In this document: in pieces, positions 39,598 through 48,647 of the stretch | Layout of the letters: the number at the start of each line of letters is the position of its first letter | Numbering within the stretch: the first letter of the stretch is position 1 | NCBI GenBank assembly: GCA_004552615.1 | Contig: SFNZ01000002.1 | Coordinates: 461-64,460 of the forward strand | Length of the DNA: 64,000 nucleotides | DNA from: Bacteroidales bacterium | GTDB taxonomy: Bacteria > Bacteroidota > Bacteroidia > Bacteroidales > UBA932 | Direction of reading: 5' to 3' | The notes under the pieces: model-generated | The model's input: only the letters and a program-made list of their open reading frames with translations | Databases searched by the model: none | What the model was told of the DNA's origin: nothing | Translations under genes and position numbers: made by a program

Positions 39598-39697
39598 AAT
39601 CTGGATGCTTATTCTTTTCGCAAACATACACAAAAAAGGTGATATATCTTGCAAATTGACTATTTTTGTAAGAAATTTAGGAAAAATCAATATAGTT

Positions 39698-40609
39698 ATG
39701 GAAATAGATCCTATTATGGAGCGCCGTGCGCAGGAAGAACGGCTTGCCAAAGAGAAGAATCTCAGAACCATCATGTATGCCCTGATAGCGGTAGCAGTCA
39801 TCCTGGCCGCCGCACTGGCCTATATCTGGAGCCAGAAATCAGCCCTGATCAGTGACCTGGAAGAGGAAAAGCAGGATCTCACCGAGCAGATAGAAAGTCT
39901 CCAGAGCGACTATGCCAATCTGTCGTCGGACTACGATTCGATCAACTCCCAGCTCGACACGTCCCGTGCGGAAGTAGCCGACCTCATAGAGAGAATCAAG
40001 AAGACAGAGGCCACGAACCGTGCGATGATCCGCAAGTACCAGAAGGAGCTCGGTACCCTGCGCAGCATAATGCGCAACTACATCGTACAGATCGACTCTC
40101 TCAACACCTTGAACCACAAGCTTACGGCCGATGCTGCGGCTGCCCGCAAGGAGGCTGCTGCAAGCCGTGCCCAGAGCAGGCAGCTCTCGGAGCAGGTCGA
40201 GGCCCTTTCCGGCCAGGTTGCCGCAGGATCTGTCATCAAGGCGCGCGGAATCCGTATCGAGGCCTACAACTCCAGTGACAAGGTCACCGACAGGAGCAGC
40301 CGTGTGACGAGGCTTCTCACCTCCCTCAGTCTCGTGGAGAATGACCTTGCCCCTAGAGGTCCGGTAGTGGTTTACATCCGCGTGAAGGATCCTGACGGAA
40401 TCATCCTCACGAACTCCAACCGCACTTCGTTCCAGTTTAATGGCGAGACGATGGTCGCATCCGCTTCCCGCCGCGTGGACTACGAGGGCAAGGAAGTGGA
40501 CCTCAGCATCTACCTGAACGACATCCCTTCCTATGTGAAAGGAGTCTATACAGTGGAGGCATATACGGAGCAGTCCAGGCTCGGAAGCGCTGAACTCATG
40601 CTTAGATAA
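39698..40609 (+). CDS. Membrane-anchored coiled-coil protein with C-terminal beta domain
   Basis: Single TM segment, long heptad-repeat region, Ig-like end GVYTVEAY; strongly biased codon usage; TATTTTTG box at 39661. Confidence 0.85.
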   Translation: MEIDPIMERRAQEERLAKEKNLRTIMYALIAVAVILAAALAYIWSQKSALISDLEEEKQDLTEQIESLQSDYANLSSDYDSINSQLDTSRAEVADLIERIKKTEATNRAMIRKYQKELGTLRSIMRNYIVQIDSLNTLNHKLTADAAAARKEAAASRAQSRQLSEQVEALSGQVAAGSVIKARGIRIEAYNSSDKVTDRSSRVTRLLTSLSLVENDLAPRGPVVVYIRVKDPDGIILTNSNRTSFQFNGETMVASASRRVDYEGKEVDLSIYLNDIPSYVKGVYTVEAYTEQSRLGSAELMLR

Positions 40610-40618
40610 TTAGATAAC

Positions 40619-40794
40619 TTAAGTTTCGCAGAGCGAAACAACTGCTTTTGAGGCCTTCAGGCCGAGGGTAAGTCTCTTTCCCGTGGAAAGGGATTTAGGA
40701 AAAGGGTAGCGAATATAAAAATAGTGCGTGGCCTTTGCTCGCATTGAGCAATAATTCCTCTGAAAGACTAGCATTTGCGGCTTGCGAAAATTGA
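40619..40794. mobile_element. MITE-like insertion with 10-bp flanking direct repeats
   Basis: ATTAGATAAC at 40609-40618 and 40795-40804; ends TTAAGTTTCGCA / TGCGAAAATTGA, 10 of 12 complementary; four internal hairpins. Confidence 0.7.
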
Positions 40795-40809
40795 ATTAGA
40801 TAACACGCC

Positions 40810-42003
40810 ATGATATACGTCCACGTGCCGTTCTGCCGTAGTTTCTGCACGTATTGCGGTTTCTATTCCGAGGCGGTTCCTCTCTGCGCAGGGAAGGAAC
40901 TCCCTGAGAACCGTGAACTCTACGACAGATATGCGCAAGCGGTCGTGAATGAGGCGGCTTCAAGACGCCGTGAGACTTTAGAGGCAATATGTCATCACGG
41001 TAGTCCCGATACATTGTACATAGGAGGCGGCACCCCTTCGGTGCTGCCTCTTTCCGTGCTTTCAAGAATAGTCAGAGGCATAGGCAAATCAGTCTGGGAT
41101 GACCCTGGACATCGTTACGAAGAGTTCACCGTGGAAGTGAATCCTGAGGACATCACGGAGAAGGGAGCCGACTACCTGGCCGTCCTGAAATCATTGGGTG
41201 CCAGCAGGATAAGTATGGGAGTCCAGTCCTTCAGCCCGGCTATTCTCAAGTGGATGAACAGAAGGCATAATGCCGCCGGGGCGTTGAAGGCTTTCAATAT
41301 GCTGCGGGATGCAGGATTCGGGAACATCAGCATTGACCTGATATCCGGCATTTCCGGCCTTTCGGAAGAGATATGGGAGGAGACATTGGATATTGCCATC
41401 AGCCTCGCTCCGGAGCACATCTCCGCATACCAGCTTTCCGTTGACCCTGGAAGCACCCTCGGCAGGCTCGCCGGGGAGGGACGCTACACCGAGGCTCCTG
41501 AATCATTGTGCAGGGGGCAATATGACTTACTTTGCAGCAAACTTTCCGCAGCCGGCTACGTACATTACGAGATATCGAATTTCTCACTTCCGGGATTTGA
41601 GGCCCTGCACAATTCCGCATACTGGCGTAGGGTGCCTTATACCGGTCTCGGAGCCGGAGCCCACTCGGCTTTGGTCCAGCATGAGGCGGGCCGGGTACGC
41701 CCCAATGCAGAAGTAGATTGCCGCAGATGGAATGCGGAGGATGTCGGAAGATATCTGGAAATATCTGATTTTCAGGGAGAAGAACATCTTTCAGAACAAG
41801 AAGTCCGTATCGAGAGGCTGATGCTCGGACTTAGGACATCGGTCGGGGTTCCGGAAAAATGGCTGCCTGGGGACCGGGTCCGGAATATGGTTACCTCCGG
41901 TTCCCTGCAGAGGTTCGCCGGCACATCGGGAGAATCCTTCGTGAGAATCCCGGAAGACCATTTCTTCGTGTCGGATGACATTATTTGCATGCTGATTGAA
42001 TAA
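40810..42003 (+). CDS. hemW: Radical SAM heme chaperone
   Basis: YVHVPFCRSFCTYC, GGGTPS, YEISNF and HNSAYW (HNxxYW) motifs. Confidence 0.9.
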   Translation: MIYVHVPFCRSFCTYCGFYSEAVPLCAGKELPENRELYDRYAQAVVNEAASRRRETLEAICHHGSPDTLYIGGGTPSVLPLSVLSRIVRGIGKSVWDDPGHRYEEFTVEVNPEDITEKGADYLAVLKSLGASRISMGVQSFSPAILKWMNRRHNAAGALKAFNMLRDAGFGNISIDLISGISGLSEEIWEETLDIAISLAPEHISAYQLSVDPGSTLGRLAGEGRYTEAPESLCRGQYDLLCSKLSAAGYVHYEISNFSLPGFEALHNSAYWRRVPYTGLGAGAHSALVQHEAGRVRPNAEVDCRRWNAEDVGRYLEISDFQGEEHLSEQEVRIERLMLGLRTSVGVPEKWLPGDRVRNMVTSGSLQRFAGTSGESFVRIPEDHFFVSDDIICMLIE

Positions 42004-42070
42004 AAATTCAGGAATAATCGTTCCGAGTTATCATTTAAATGCTTATTTTGCGCTGAAAATACATACTCTT

Positions 42071-43231
42071 ATGAAAGCCAGGACTATACTCATATTCTTT
42101 TTTATTCTCTCCGCATTACCGGATCTGTCGGCGGGGAATCGCAGGAACGCGGATTACGGCCCGTGGATCCTGGACATGACCGGGACTGGCTTCACAGTCT
42201 GCTGGGTGACCGGCAGGAGAGCTCTGGCCTGGGTCGAGATTGCCCCTGACGACGGGACTTCCTTCTATGCCGGGCCGCGAAAGCGCATATATCATACATG
42301 TGCCGGCAGGAGAGTGGCTGGCAATTTCCACAAGATTAGCGTGGACGGTCTCGAGAAAGGGACATCCTACAGATACCGCCTGTGTACCAGGGCCGTTGTC
42401 AACGACAATAATGCCTATGCGATGAAGTTTGATCCGGAGATTGCCGGAGAAGTCATCTCCTCGGTCCGTACCTTCGACCCGGCAAAGGATACCTGCCGCT
42501 TCGTAATGCTCTGTGACATCCACGAGAGGGATGAACTCTATTCTTCTCTCGTCAGCGGAGTGGATGCTTCGAAGACCGATTTCCTTCTCCTGAACGGGGA
42601 CATCACATCCAAGACCTCGTCCGTCAATTCATTGCTTTCACATACCCTGAACCCGGCCGCCGGGCTTCTCAGGAATGTCCCTCTCGTCTATTCGAGGGGA
42701 AATCACGAGGGTCGCGGGCGTGATTTCAACCAGGTTCCGGTCTATTTCTCCGCACATGACGGAGGTTTCTATTACACTTTCCGCCAGGGCCCTGTGGCAT
42801 TCGTGGTACTGGATGCGGGGGAGGACAAGCCGGACAGCGACGTGGAATATTCGGGCACGGCCGAATATGATGCCTACCGTGCAGCTGAATTGGATTGGCT
42901 CAGGAAAGCGGTCAGGGAGCCGGAGTTTGCAGATGCTCCGGTCAAAGTGGCAGTCATCCATATCCCTGTTCTGGGAAACAAGGATGCCTGGTACACCCAG
43001 AAATGGATAACTGACAATTTCATGCCCGTCCTGAATGACGCCGGCATCGACCTCATGCTCAGCGGACATCATCACAATTATATTTATGCTCCTGCCGGGG
43101 AGTTCGGAAACTCGTTCCCGGTGGTCGTGAACGATGACACGGACCGGCTCGAATTCACGGCCACGAAGGACGGTATCAGCCTCCGTATGCATGATGCATC
43201 CGGGCAACTCACTCATTCTGTTGATTTATAA
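42071..43231 (+). CDS. Secreted metallophosphoesterase with Fn3/purple acid phosphatase N-terminal domain
   Basis: Signal peptide; DIH, NGD, RGNHE, SGHHH motifs. Confidence 0.9.
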   Translation: MKARTILIFFFILSALPDLSAGNRRNADYGPWILDMTGTGFTVCWVTGRRALAWVEIAPDDGTSFYAGPRKRIYHTCAGRRVAGNFHKISVDGLEKGTSYRYRLCTRAVVNDNNAYAMKFDPEIAGEVISSVRTFDPAKDTCRFVMLCDIHERDELYSSLVSGVDASKTDFLLLNGDITSKTSSVNSLLSHTLNPAAGLLRNVPLVYSRGNHEGRGRDFNQVPVYFSAHDGGFYYTFRQGPVAFVVLDAGEDKPDSDVEYSGTAEYDAYRAAELDWLRKAVREPEFADAPVKVAVIHIPVLGNKDAWYTQKWITDNFMPVLNDAGIDLMLSGHHHNYIYAPAGEFGNSFPVVVNDDTDRLEFTATKDGISLRMHDASGQLTHSVDL

Positions 43232-43242
43232 TATTTTATGAT

Positions 43243-45117
43243 ATGGGCACCGCCGAAATTTACAGAAACAGGATTGCAAACCTTCGTTCCATGATGAGGG
43301 ACAAGGGATTGGACGCAGTAATCATCACCGGCTCCGACCCGCACAACAGCGAATATCCCGCTGCGAGATGGAAGCAGGTGGAATGGATCAGCGGATTCAC
43401 CGGGGAAGCCGGAGACGTTGTCATAACCATGGACCATGCCGGGCTCTGGACCGATACCCGCTATTTCATCCAGGCCACCAACCAGCTCGAGGGCACAGGA
43501 GTGGAACTTCACAAGACCAGGATTCCCGGGGAAATACGTATCCCTCAATGGCTTGCCCAGATTGCCTTCAACGGGGTGGAAGGGACTGTCGCGATAGCTG
43601 TTGACGGGCTTGCGATGGATGTCTCCACAGTGGACTCCCTGAAGGCGGCATTCCGGGAGGCGGGACGCGAAGAAGACCCTTCACACGAGTCCGGATGCGG
43701 ATTCCAGATAGTGGACCTGCCTGATATGCTCGAAGATCTATGGGAGGACCGTCCGGCCGTCCCGAGCACTCCTGTCATAACCTTGGGAGACGAGCTCACG
43801 GGTGAGTCCCGCATCTCCAAGATTCAGAGAATCAGGGATTTCATGGAGGACAAGGGTTGTTCTGCCGTACTCCTTACGGCTTTGGACGAGATAGCCTGGG
43901 TGCTGAATGTCAGGGCCTCTGATGTGGAATACAATCCTGTATGCATCTCTTATCTCCTGATTACTGCCGGAGATGTGGTCTGGTATGTCAGGAAAAACCG
44001 TCCGGCTGCCCTGCATTCCGAGACGGCCGACAGTTTCGCCGAGCTGGACGCCGACGGCATTGCCATCAGGGACTACGACGATGTCTTCCTTGAACTGTCG
44101 CAGGAGGATATCCCGGTTTTCAATTCCCTTTTCGTGGACCCGTCATCCCTCAACTATCATCTTTCCAGGACATTGTCAGGCCTCGGGGACTCCGTCAGGA
44201 TAATATCCGGGGACTCTCCTGTACCGCTCTGGAAATCAGTCAAGAACGAAGTGGAGATAGCCGGAATGAAGGAAGCGCATTTCGTCGACGGACTGGCCAT
44301 GGAGAAATTCCTTTATTGGCTCGACTGCAGCATGAAGGCCGGAAACCGTATCACGGAATGGGATGCTGCACAGAAAATTGACTCCCTCAGGGCCGGGTCC
44401 GCAGGATGCATAGGGAACAGTTTCCAGACGATTTCAGCATACGGGGCAGGTGCCGCCCTCCCTCATTATGTCACGCCGGAGCACGGATCTGCGGTACTCG
44501 AACCTCACGGGCTTTACCTGTGCGATTCCGGAGGACAATATTTCTTCGGTACCACCGACCTTACCAGAACTGTCCCTCTCGGCCCGTGCACGGCACTTGA
44601 AAAGGAAGATTACACCCTGGTGCTCAAAGGGCATATCGGCCTCGCTATGTCAGTCTTCCCTGCCGGTACTTCCGGATGCCAGGTAGACTATGCTGCGAGG
44701 TGTCCGCTCTGGCAATACCACCGAGACTACGGCCACGGGACCGGCCACGGAGTCGGTTTCTTCCTCAATGTCCACGAAGGTCCCCAGGAAATCCGCCACA
44801 ATTTCAATCAGGTCCCTCTCCTCCCGGGAATGATAACTTCCGACGAACCGGGCCTGTACCGCGAGGGCATGCACGGGGTCAGGCATGAAAGTCTCATCCT
44901 GTGCGTTGATGCCGGGACCAATGATTTCGGCACCTGGAGATGTTTCGAGAACCTGACACTCTGTCATATAGACACTTCAGCCGTCATCACGGAAATGCTG
45001 ACGGCTGAAGAAAAGGCATGGCTGGACGAATACAATGAGGAGGTCTTCCGTACACTGTCCCCGCAGCTCCCGGATGATGTTGCTGCATGGCTCAGGGAAA
45101 AGACCCTGCCGCTGTAA
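43243..45117 (+). CDS. Aminopeptidase P family (M24B) Xaa-Pro peptidase
   Basis: DPHNSEY, DSGGQY..GTTD, HGTGHGVG..NVHEGP, EPGLY, RHE motifs. Confidence 0.94.
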   Translation: MGTAEIYRNRIANLRSMMRDKGLDAVIITGSDPHNSEYPAARWKQVEWISGFTGEAGDVVITMDHAGLWTDTRYFIQATNQLEGTGVELHKTRIPGEIRIPQWLAQIAFNGVEGTVAIAVDGLAMDVSTVDSLKAAFREAGREEDPSHESGCGFQIVDLPDMLEDLWEDRPAVPSTPVITLGDELTGESRISKIQRIRDFMEDKGCSAVLLTALDEIAWVLNVRASDVEYNPVCISYLLITAGDVVWYVRKNRPAALHSETADSFAELDADGIAIRDYDDVFLELSQEDIPVFNSLFVDPSSLNYHLSRTLSGLGDSVRIISGDSPVPLWKSVKNEVEIAGMKEAHFVDGLAMEKFLYWLDCSMKAGNRITEWDAAQKIDSLRAGSAGCIGNSFQTISAYGAGAALPHYVTPEHGSAVLEPHGLYLCDSGGQYFFGTTDLTRTVPLGPCTALEKEDYTLVLKGHIGLAMSVFPAGTSGCQVDYAARCPLWQYHRDYGHGTGHGVGFFLNVHEGPQEIRHNFNQVPLLPGMITSDEPGLYREGMHGVRHESLILCVDAGTNDFGTWRCFENLTLCHIDTSAVITEMLTAEEKAWLDEYNEEVFRTLSPQLPDDVAAWLREKTLPL

Positions 45118-45381
45118 TCATTTCAGCTTTCGTTTCAATATCCGGACGGCTGCAAGCAGGATTCTGTCTATCGGCAGCTCTCCGGATATTTTCTTTATTC
45201 CGTGTGCGAACAGCCCGGCGGGGGAATAATGTTCCATGGCGTTTTCGTAGCTCTCGGCAATCTCCCTCTCCTTGGACCTGATTCTCCTCGAGAGCCCTGC
45301 CTGGGCCGCTTCAATCCCGGAGATGTCCCGGATATCCTGATATCGGATGTTCTCCATCCTGATTTCCGTTTTCGTTTCCAT
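45118..45381 (-). CDS. Small hypothetical protein, third gene of the YtxH operon
   Basis: Closely packed after the holin-like gene; helical with a basic C-terminus. Confidence 0.65.
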   Translation of the reverse strand: METKTEIRMENIRYQDIRDISGIEAAQAGLSRRIRSKEREIAESYENAMEHYSPAGLFAHGIKKISGELPIDRILLAAVRILKRKLK

Positions 45382-45390
45382 ACTGTCCAG

Positions 45391-45786
45391 CTATTTTCCA
45401 TATTTTTCTATCTGGCCGTCAGCAGGGGAAATGTCCGGCTTCTCGAAGAACAACCGGATGAAAAGCTGCACCAGGCTTCCGAGAAACAACTTCTTCCTCA
45501 ATGCCCAGAGCACAGCCATGACCATCAGGAAAAATCCGGCCACGATGAAGGCCCCGACCGAATAGCTTCCTATGATGTCCCCTATCAGGAGTACGCCTCC
45601 GAAAGCAGTGGCAGTCATCACGATACTGCCGAGACTTATGAAAAGTATAGCCAGGAAGATCCGGTTCAATGTGATTGACAATCCTTTGGCCGTCCTGAGC
45701 TTGATCTCGTCTATTTTCAGGTCAATGTATTCGGCCGTGCTCCTGCCGAGATTCTCGGCAGGCCTTGTGAATTCCCTGTCCATCAC
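45391..45786 (-). CDS. Two-TM YqjE/holin-X-like membrane protein
   Basis: YIDLKIDEIKL followed by two TM helices; overlaps the ytxH stop by 4 bp. Confidence 0.75.
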   Translation of the reverse strand: MMDREFTRPAENLGRSTAEYIDLKIDEIKLRTAKGLSITLNRIFLAILFISLGSIVMTATAFGGVLLIGDIIGSYSVGAFIVAGFFLMVMAVLWALRKKLFLGSLVQLFIRLFFEKPDISPADGQIEKYGK

Positions 45787-46124
45787 GCGTCTGCCTTGAT
45801 GTCATGGTCCGCTTCCCTGGAGAGGGCCTCCTCCAGTTTGTCGAGCTTCTCGAGGATAATCTTCCTCGCGCTCTCTTTCAGGCTTGTTCCTTCAGCCGCG
45901 AGCAGCTCCCTGATAGAGCTCAGTTCGTCCTCCACCTTGTCCCGTGCTTCACAGCAGGCCTGTCCGGCTTTCTCGCCGAATTCCCTGGCCTTGTCATAAC
46001 CCTCCCTGGCGGCTTCTTTGATTTTTTCCCTGGTTTCCTCACCCTTTTCCGGGGCGAAGAGAAGACCGATTGCCACGCCTGCCGCAGCTCCTGCGATCAG
46101 TGCGAATAAGGATTCCGATTTCAT
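45783..46124 (-). CDS. YtxH-domain protein
   Basis: GAAAGVAIGLLFAPEKGEETREKI signature. Confidence 0.92.
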   Translation of the reverse strand: MKSESLFALIAGAAAGVAIGLLFAPEKGEETREKIKEAAREGYDKAREFGEKAGQACCEARDKVEDELSSIRELLAAEGTSLKESARKIILEKLDKLEEALSREADHDIKADA

Positions 46125-46210
46125 GATTTCAAAATTTTGGTGTAAGGATACAATTATCCGGCCCCGGGAAACTGTCAGTGACAGATCCGCAAGGCCGGAT
46201 TGATATTCCG

Positions 46211-46234
46211 CAAATCCCGTACCTGTGGGGATTT
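46211..46234 (-). terminator. Hairpin downstream of sdhC, possible terminator
   Basis: CAAATCCC-GTACCTGT-GGGATTTG perfect 8-bp stem; no clear U-tract. Confidence 0.4.
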
Positions 46235-46254
46235 GTCAGATTCCCTTGTGCTGA

Positions 46255-46950
46255 TTAGCCTATGATGCCTTTGGCATGGAGGAATGCGTTCACAGCTACC
46301 GAAGTGAAGAGCAGCCAGATGATGGCGGATACGATGACACCGATCACCTTGAGTCTCTTCATCCAAGGCTGATTGTCCCAGCCCACAGTCTGGAACATGC
46401 TCCAGAATCCGTGTGTGAGGTGGAAGAATACAGCGATGAACCATACGATGTAGATGAGGAGCACCCAGATGTTTCCGAATGTCGCCGTGAGAAGATCGTA
46501 AGGGTTCGCTGCATGCTCTCCCATGAACTCCTTGAGCTGCATGTCAGCCCAGAAATGGGTGAGGTGGAAGAACAGGATGCCGAGAATCACGATTCCGAGC
46601 ACGAACATGTTCTTTGCGGACCATGAATCTGCCTTTGCCCTGCTGGCTACCTCATAGCGCTTGTATCCGCCACGTGCCTTCACGTTGTACCATGTGAGGT
46701 AGCATCCGTAGAAGATGTGTACGAACACGCCGAGGGCGAGCACCGGCACCATGATGGTGACAATCGGCAGTGACATGAAGTCACATCCAAGCTGGAACAG
46801 CCCCGTGAAAGAGCCGAATTCCCCGGTGAATGAATCAATTACTGAAAAGAAGTTGATAGTTCCGTGCAGCAGCAGGAACACGATAAGAAATGCTCCGCTG
46901 ACAGCCTGAATGAACTTTCTCCCGATGGAGTAGTGGAATGCGTTCGCCAT
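46255..46950 (-). CDS. sdhC: Succinate dehydrogenase/fumarate reductase cytochrome b subunit
   Basis: SIGRKFIQAVSGAFLIVFLLLH, FVHI, FFHL.HFW, HLTHGFWSMFQTVG heme-ligand histidines; five TM segments. Confidence 0.92.
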   Translation of the reverse strand: MANAFHYSIGRKFIQAVSGAFLIVFLLLHGTINFFSVIDSFTGEFGSFTGLFQLGCDFMSLPIVTIMVPVLALGVFVHIFYGCYLTWYNVKARGGYKRYEVASRAKADSWSAKNMFVLGIVILGILFFHLTHFWADMQLKEFMGEHAANPYDLLTATFGNIWVLLIYIVWFIAVFFHLTHGFWSMFQTVGWDNQPWMKRLKVIGVIVSAIIWLLFTSVAVNAFLHAKGIIG

Positions 46951-47110
46951 TATTGTATGATATTTGATTTCAAAATGTCAATCTGAATGCAAATATAGGT
47001 TGTTTCTTGCAAGTTTCATAATATTTCGATAATTTTGTTTCCGATTTAGAACCGCCGGACGGGACTTGTCCGGACGTGTCTGGAATGACCAACATTAAAA
47101 TATCCTGTAT

Positions 47111-47815
47111 ATGTATAGAAGAGTACTCCTCAAATTGAGCGGAGAAAGCCTCGGCGGACCTGCCGGCAAGGGACTTGACACGGAAAGCCTCAGGGCTTAC
47201 GCGGAAGAAATCGCGGAAGCGGCGAAGGCCGGCCTCCAGATTGCCATAGTGAACGGCGGCGGCAATATTTTCCGCGGGCTGCAGGGCACCGGCAAGGGTT
47301 TCGACCGCGTTGACGGGGACAAGATGGGAATGCTGGCCACGGTCATCAACTCTCTCGCCCTGTCGATGTTCATAAAGGAGCAGGGAGTGGATGCCCAGGT
47401 GTTCACGGCCACCCCGATGGAGCCTGTGGCCAAATATTATATGCGGGACGATGCAGTGAGGGTGCTCGAGAACGGCGGAGTGGCCCTGATATCGGGAGGT
47501 ACGGGCAATCCGTTCTTCACCACCGATTCCGGAGCCGCCCTGCGTGCCCTCGAGATAGGGGCTGACGCCCTCCTGAAAGGCACCCGCGTGGACGGGGTCT
47601 ATACGGCTGACCCCGAGAAGGACCCGACTGCCGAGAAATATGACGAACTGACTTTCGACCAGGCCATTGCGGAACATCTGAAAGTGATGGACCAGACCGC
47701 TTTCGCCCTCTGCAGCGAGGGGAATATGCCTATAATTGTGTTCGACATGAACTGCCGCGGAAACCTCACGAGACTTCTGCGCGGAGAGAAAGTCGGAACT
47801 ACAGTACATGTATAA
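47111..47815 (+). CDS. pyrH: UMP kinase
   Basis: RVLLKLSGE, GGGNIFRG, GNPFFTTD, DGVYTADP motifs. Confidence 0.98.
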   Translation: MYRRVLLKLSGESLGGPAGKGLDTESLRAYAEEIAEAAKAGLQIAIVNGGGNIFRGLQGTGKGFDRVDGDKMGMLATVINSLALSMFIKEQGVDAQVFTATPMEPVAKYYMRDDAVRVLENGGVALISGGTGNPFFTTDSGAALRALEIGADALLKGTRVDGVYTADPEKDPTAEKYDELTFDQAIAEHLKVMDQTAFALCSEGNMPIIVFDMNCRGNLTRLLRGEKVGTTVHV

Positions 47816-47835
47816 CCATTTAAAACTCAAATATT

Positions 47836-48402
47836 ATGTTACCAAGAGCAAACGAGATCGTCACTGCGGCTGACAAGAAGATGAAAGATGCCGTGGCTTT
47901 TCTTGAAGAGGACCTCAAGACATACCGTGTGGGCAAGGCCAATCCTTCCCTGTTCAACAATGTCATAGTGGACTATTACGGAATGCCGACACCGGTTCCG
48001 CAGGTGGCTTCCGTCACCGCTCCTGATGCCAAGACCGTGCTCATCCAGCCTTGGGAGAAGAACATGATTGCCAAGATTGAGAAGGCCATCATGGATGCCA
48101 ACATCGGCATGACCCCGCAGAACAACGGCGAACAGATCCGATGCAATGTGCCGCCTCTCACCGAGGAGCGCAGGAAAGAGCTCATCAAGAAGGCGAAGGC
48201 AGCCGGCGAGAATGCCAAGGTTGTGGTGCGCAATGCCCGCCGCGATGCAGTTGACCTGCTGAAGAAGGCCCAGAAGAATGAAGGACTTCCTGAGGACGCC
48301 GAGAAAGAAGGCGAGGAGGAAGTACAGAAAGTCACAGACAAGAACGTGAAGGAAATCGATGCCCTCATAGCCGCCAAGGAAAAGGACATCATGACCGTAT
48401 AG
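47836..48402 (+). CDS. frr: Ribosome recycling factor
   Basis: RVGKANP, VDYYG, PPLTEERRKEL, RNARRDA motifs; follows pyrH. Confidence 0.98.
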   Translation: MLPRANEIVTAADKKMKDAVAFLEEDLKTYRVGKANPSLFNNVIVDYYGMPTPVPQVASVTAPDAKTVLIQPWEKNMIAKIEKAIMDANIGMTPQNNGEQIRCNVPPLTEERRKELIKKAKAAGENAKVVVRNARRDAVDLLKKAQKNEGLPEDAEKEGEEEVQKVTDKNVKEIDALIAAKEKDIMTV

Positions 48403-48441
48403 TTTTTTTCGCGCAGAGTGTACAATCTGCGGAAATATTGT

Positions 48442-48449
48442 TATATTTG
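48442..48449 (+). promoter_or_regulatory. Bacteroidetes -7 promoter box of the aromatic amino-acid operon
   Basis: TATATTTG, 8 nt before the leader ATG. Confidence 0.75.
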
Positions 48450-48457
48450 CTGGTGAC

Positions 48458-48523
48458 ATGAGTAACAACAGTACACGATTTTCCGGCTTCGGGTTTTATT
48501 ATTACTTTTATCCTTCGAGATGA
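48458..48523 (+). CDS. Phe/Tyr-rich attenuator leader peptide, 21 aa (MSNNSTRFSGFGFYYYFYPSR)
   Basis: Hand-translated, below the ORF track cut-off; 4 Phe and 4 Tyr including six consecutive FYYYFY codons, directly upstream of pheA. Confidence 0.88.
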   Translation: MSNNSTRFSGFGFYYYFYPSR

Positions 48524-48570
48524 AAGCCCGGGAGTCGTATATGACAAGTTACTTTTAATCAGAGATTTAC

Positions 48571-48606
48571 AAAGGCTGCCCGGACGCGCGGACAGCCTTT
48601 CGTCAT
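48571..48606 (+). terminator. Attenuator terminator hairpin
   Basis: AAAGGCTGCCCG-GACGCG-CGGACAGCCTTT then CGTCAT; its 5' arm can instead pair with CCGGGAGTC at 48528-48536. Confidence 0.75.
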
Positions 48607-48647
48607 ATATGCGGACGACATAAAGAACAGGCATAAAAACTACATTT

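Noticed and set aside
45391..45786. Holin-like gene as a prophage marker
   Set aside because: No phage genes nearby; context is the cellular YtxH operon
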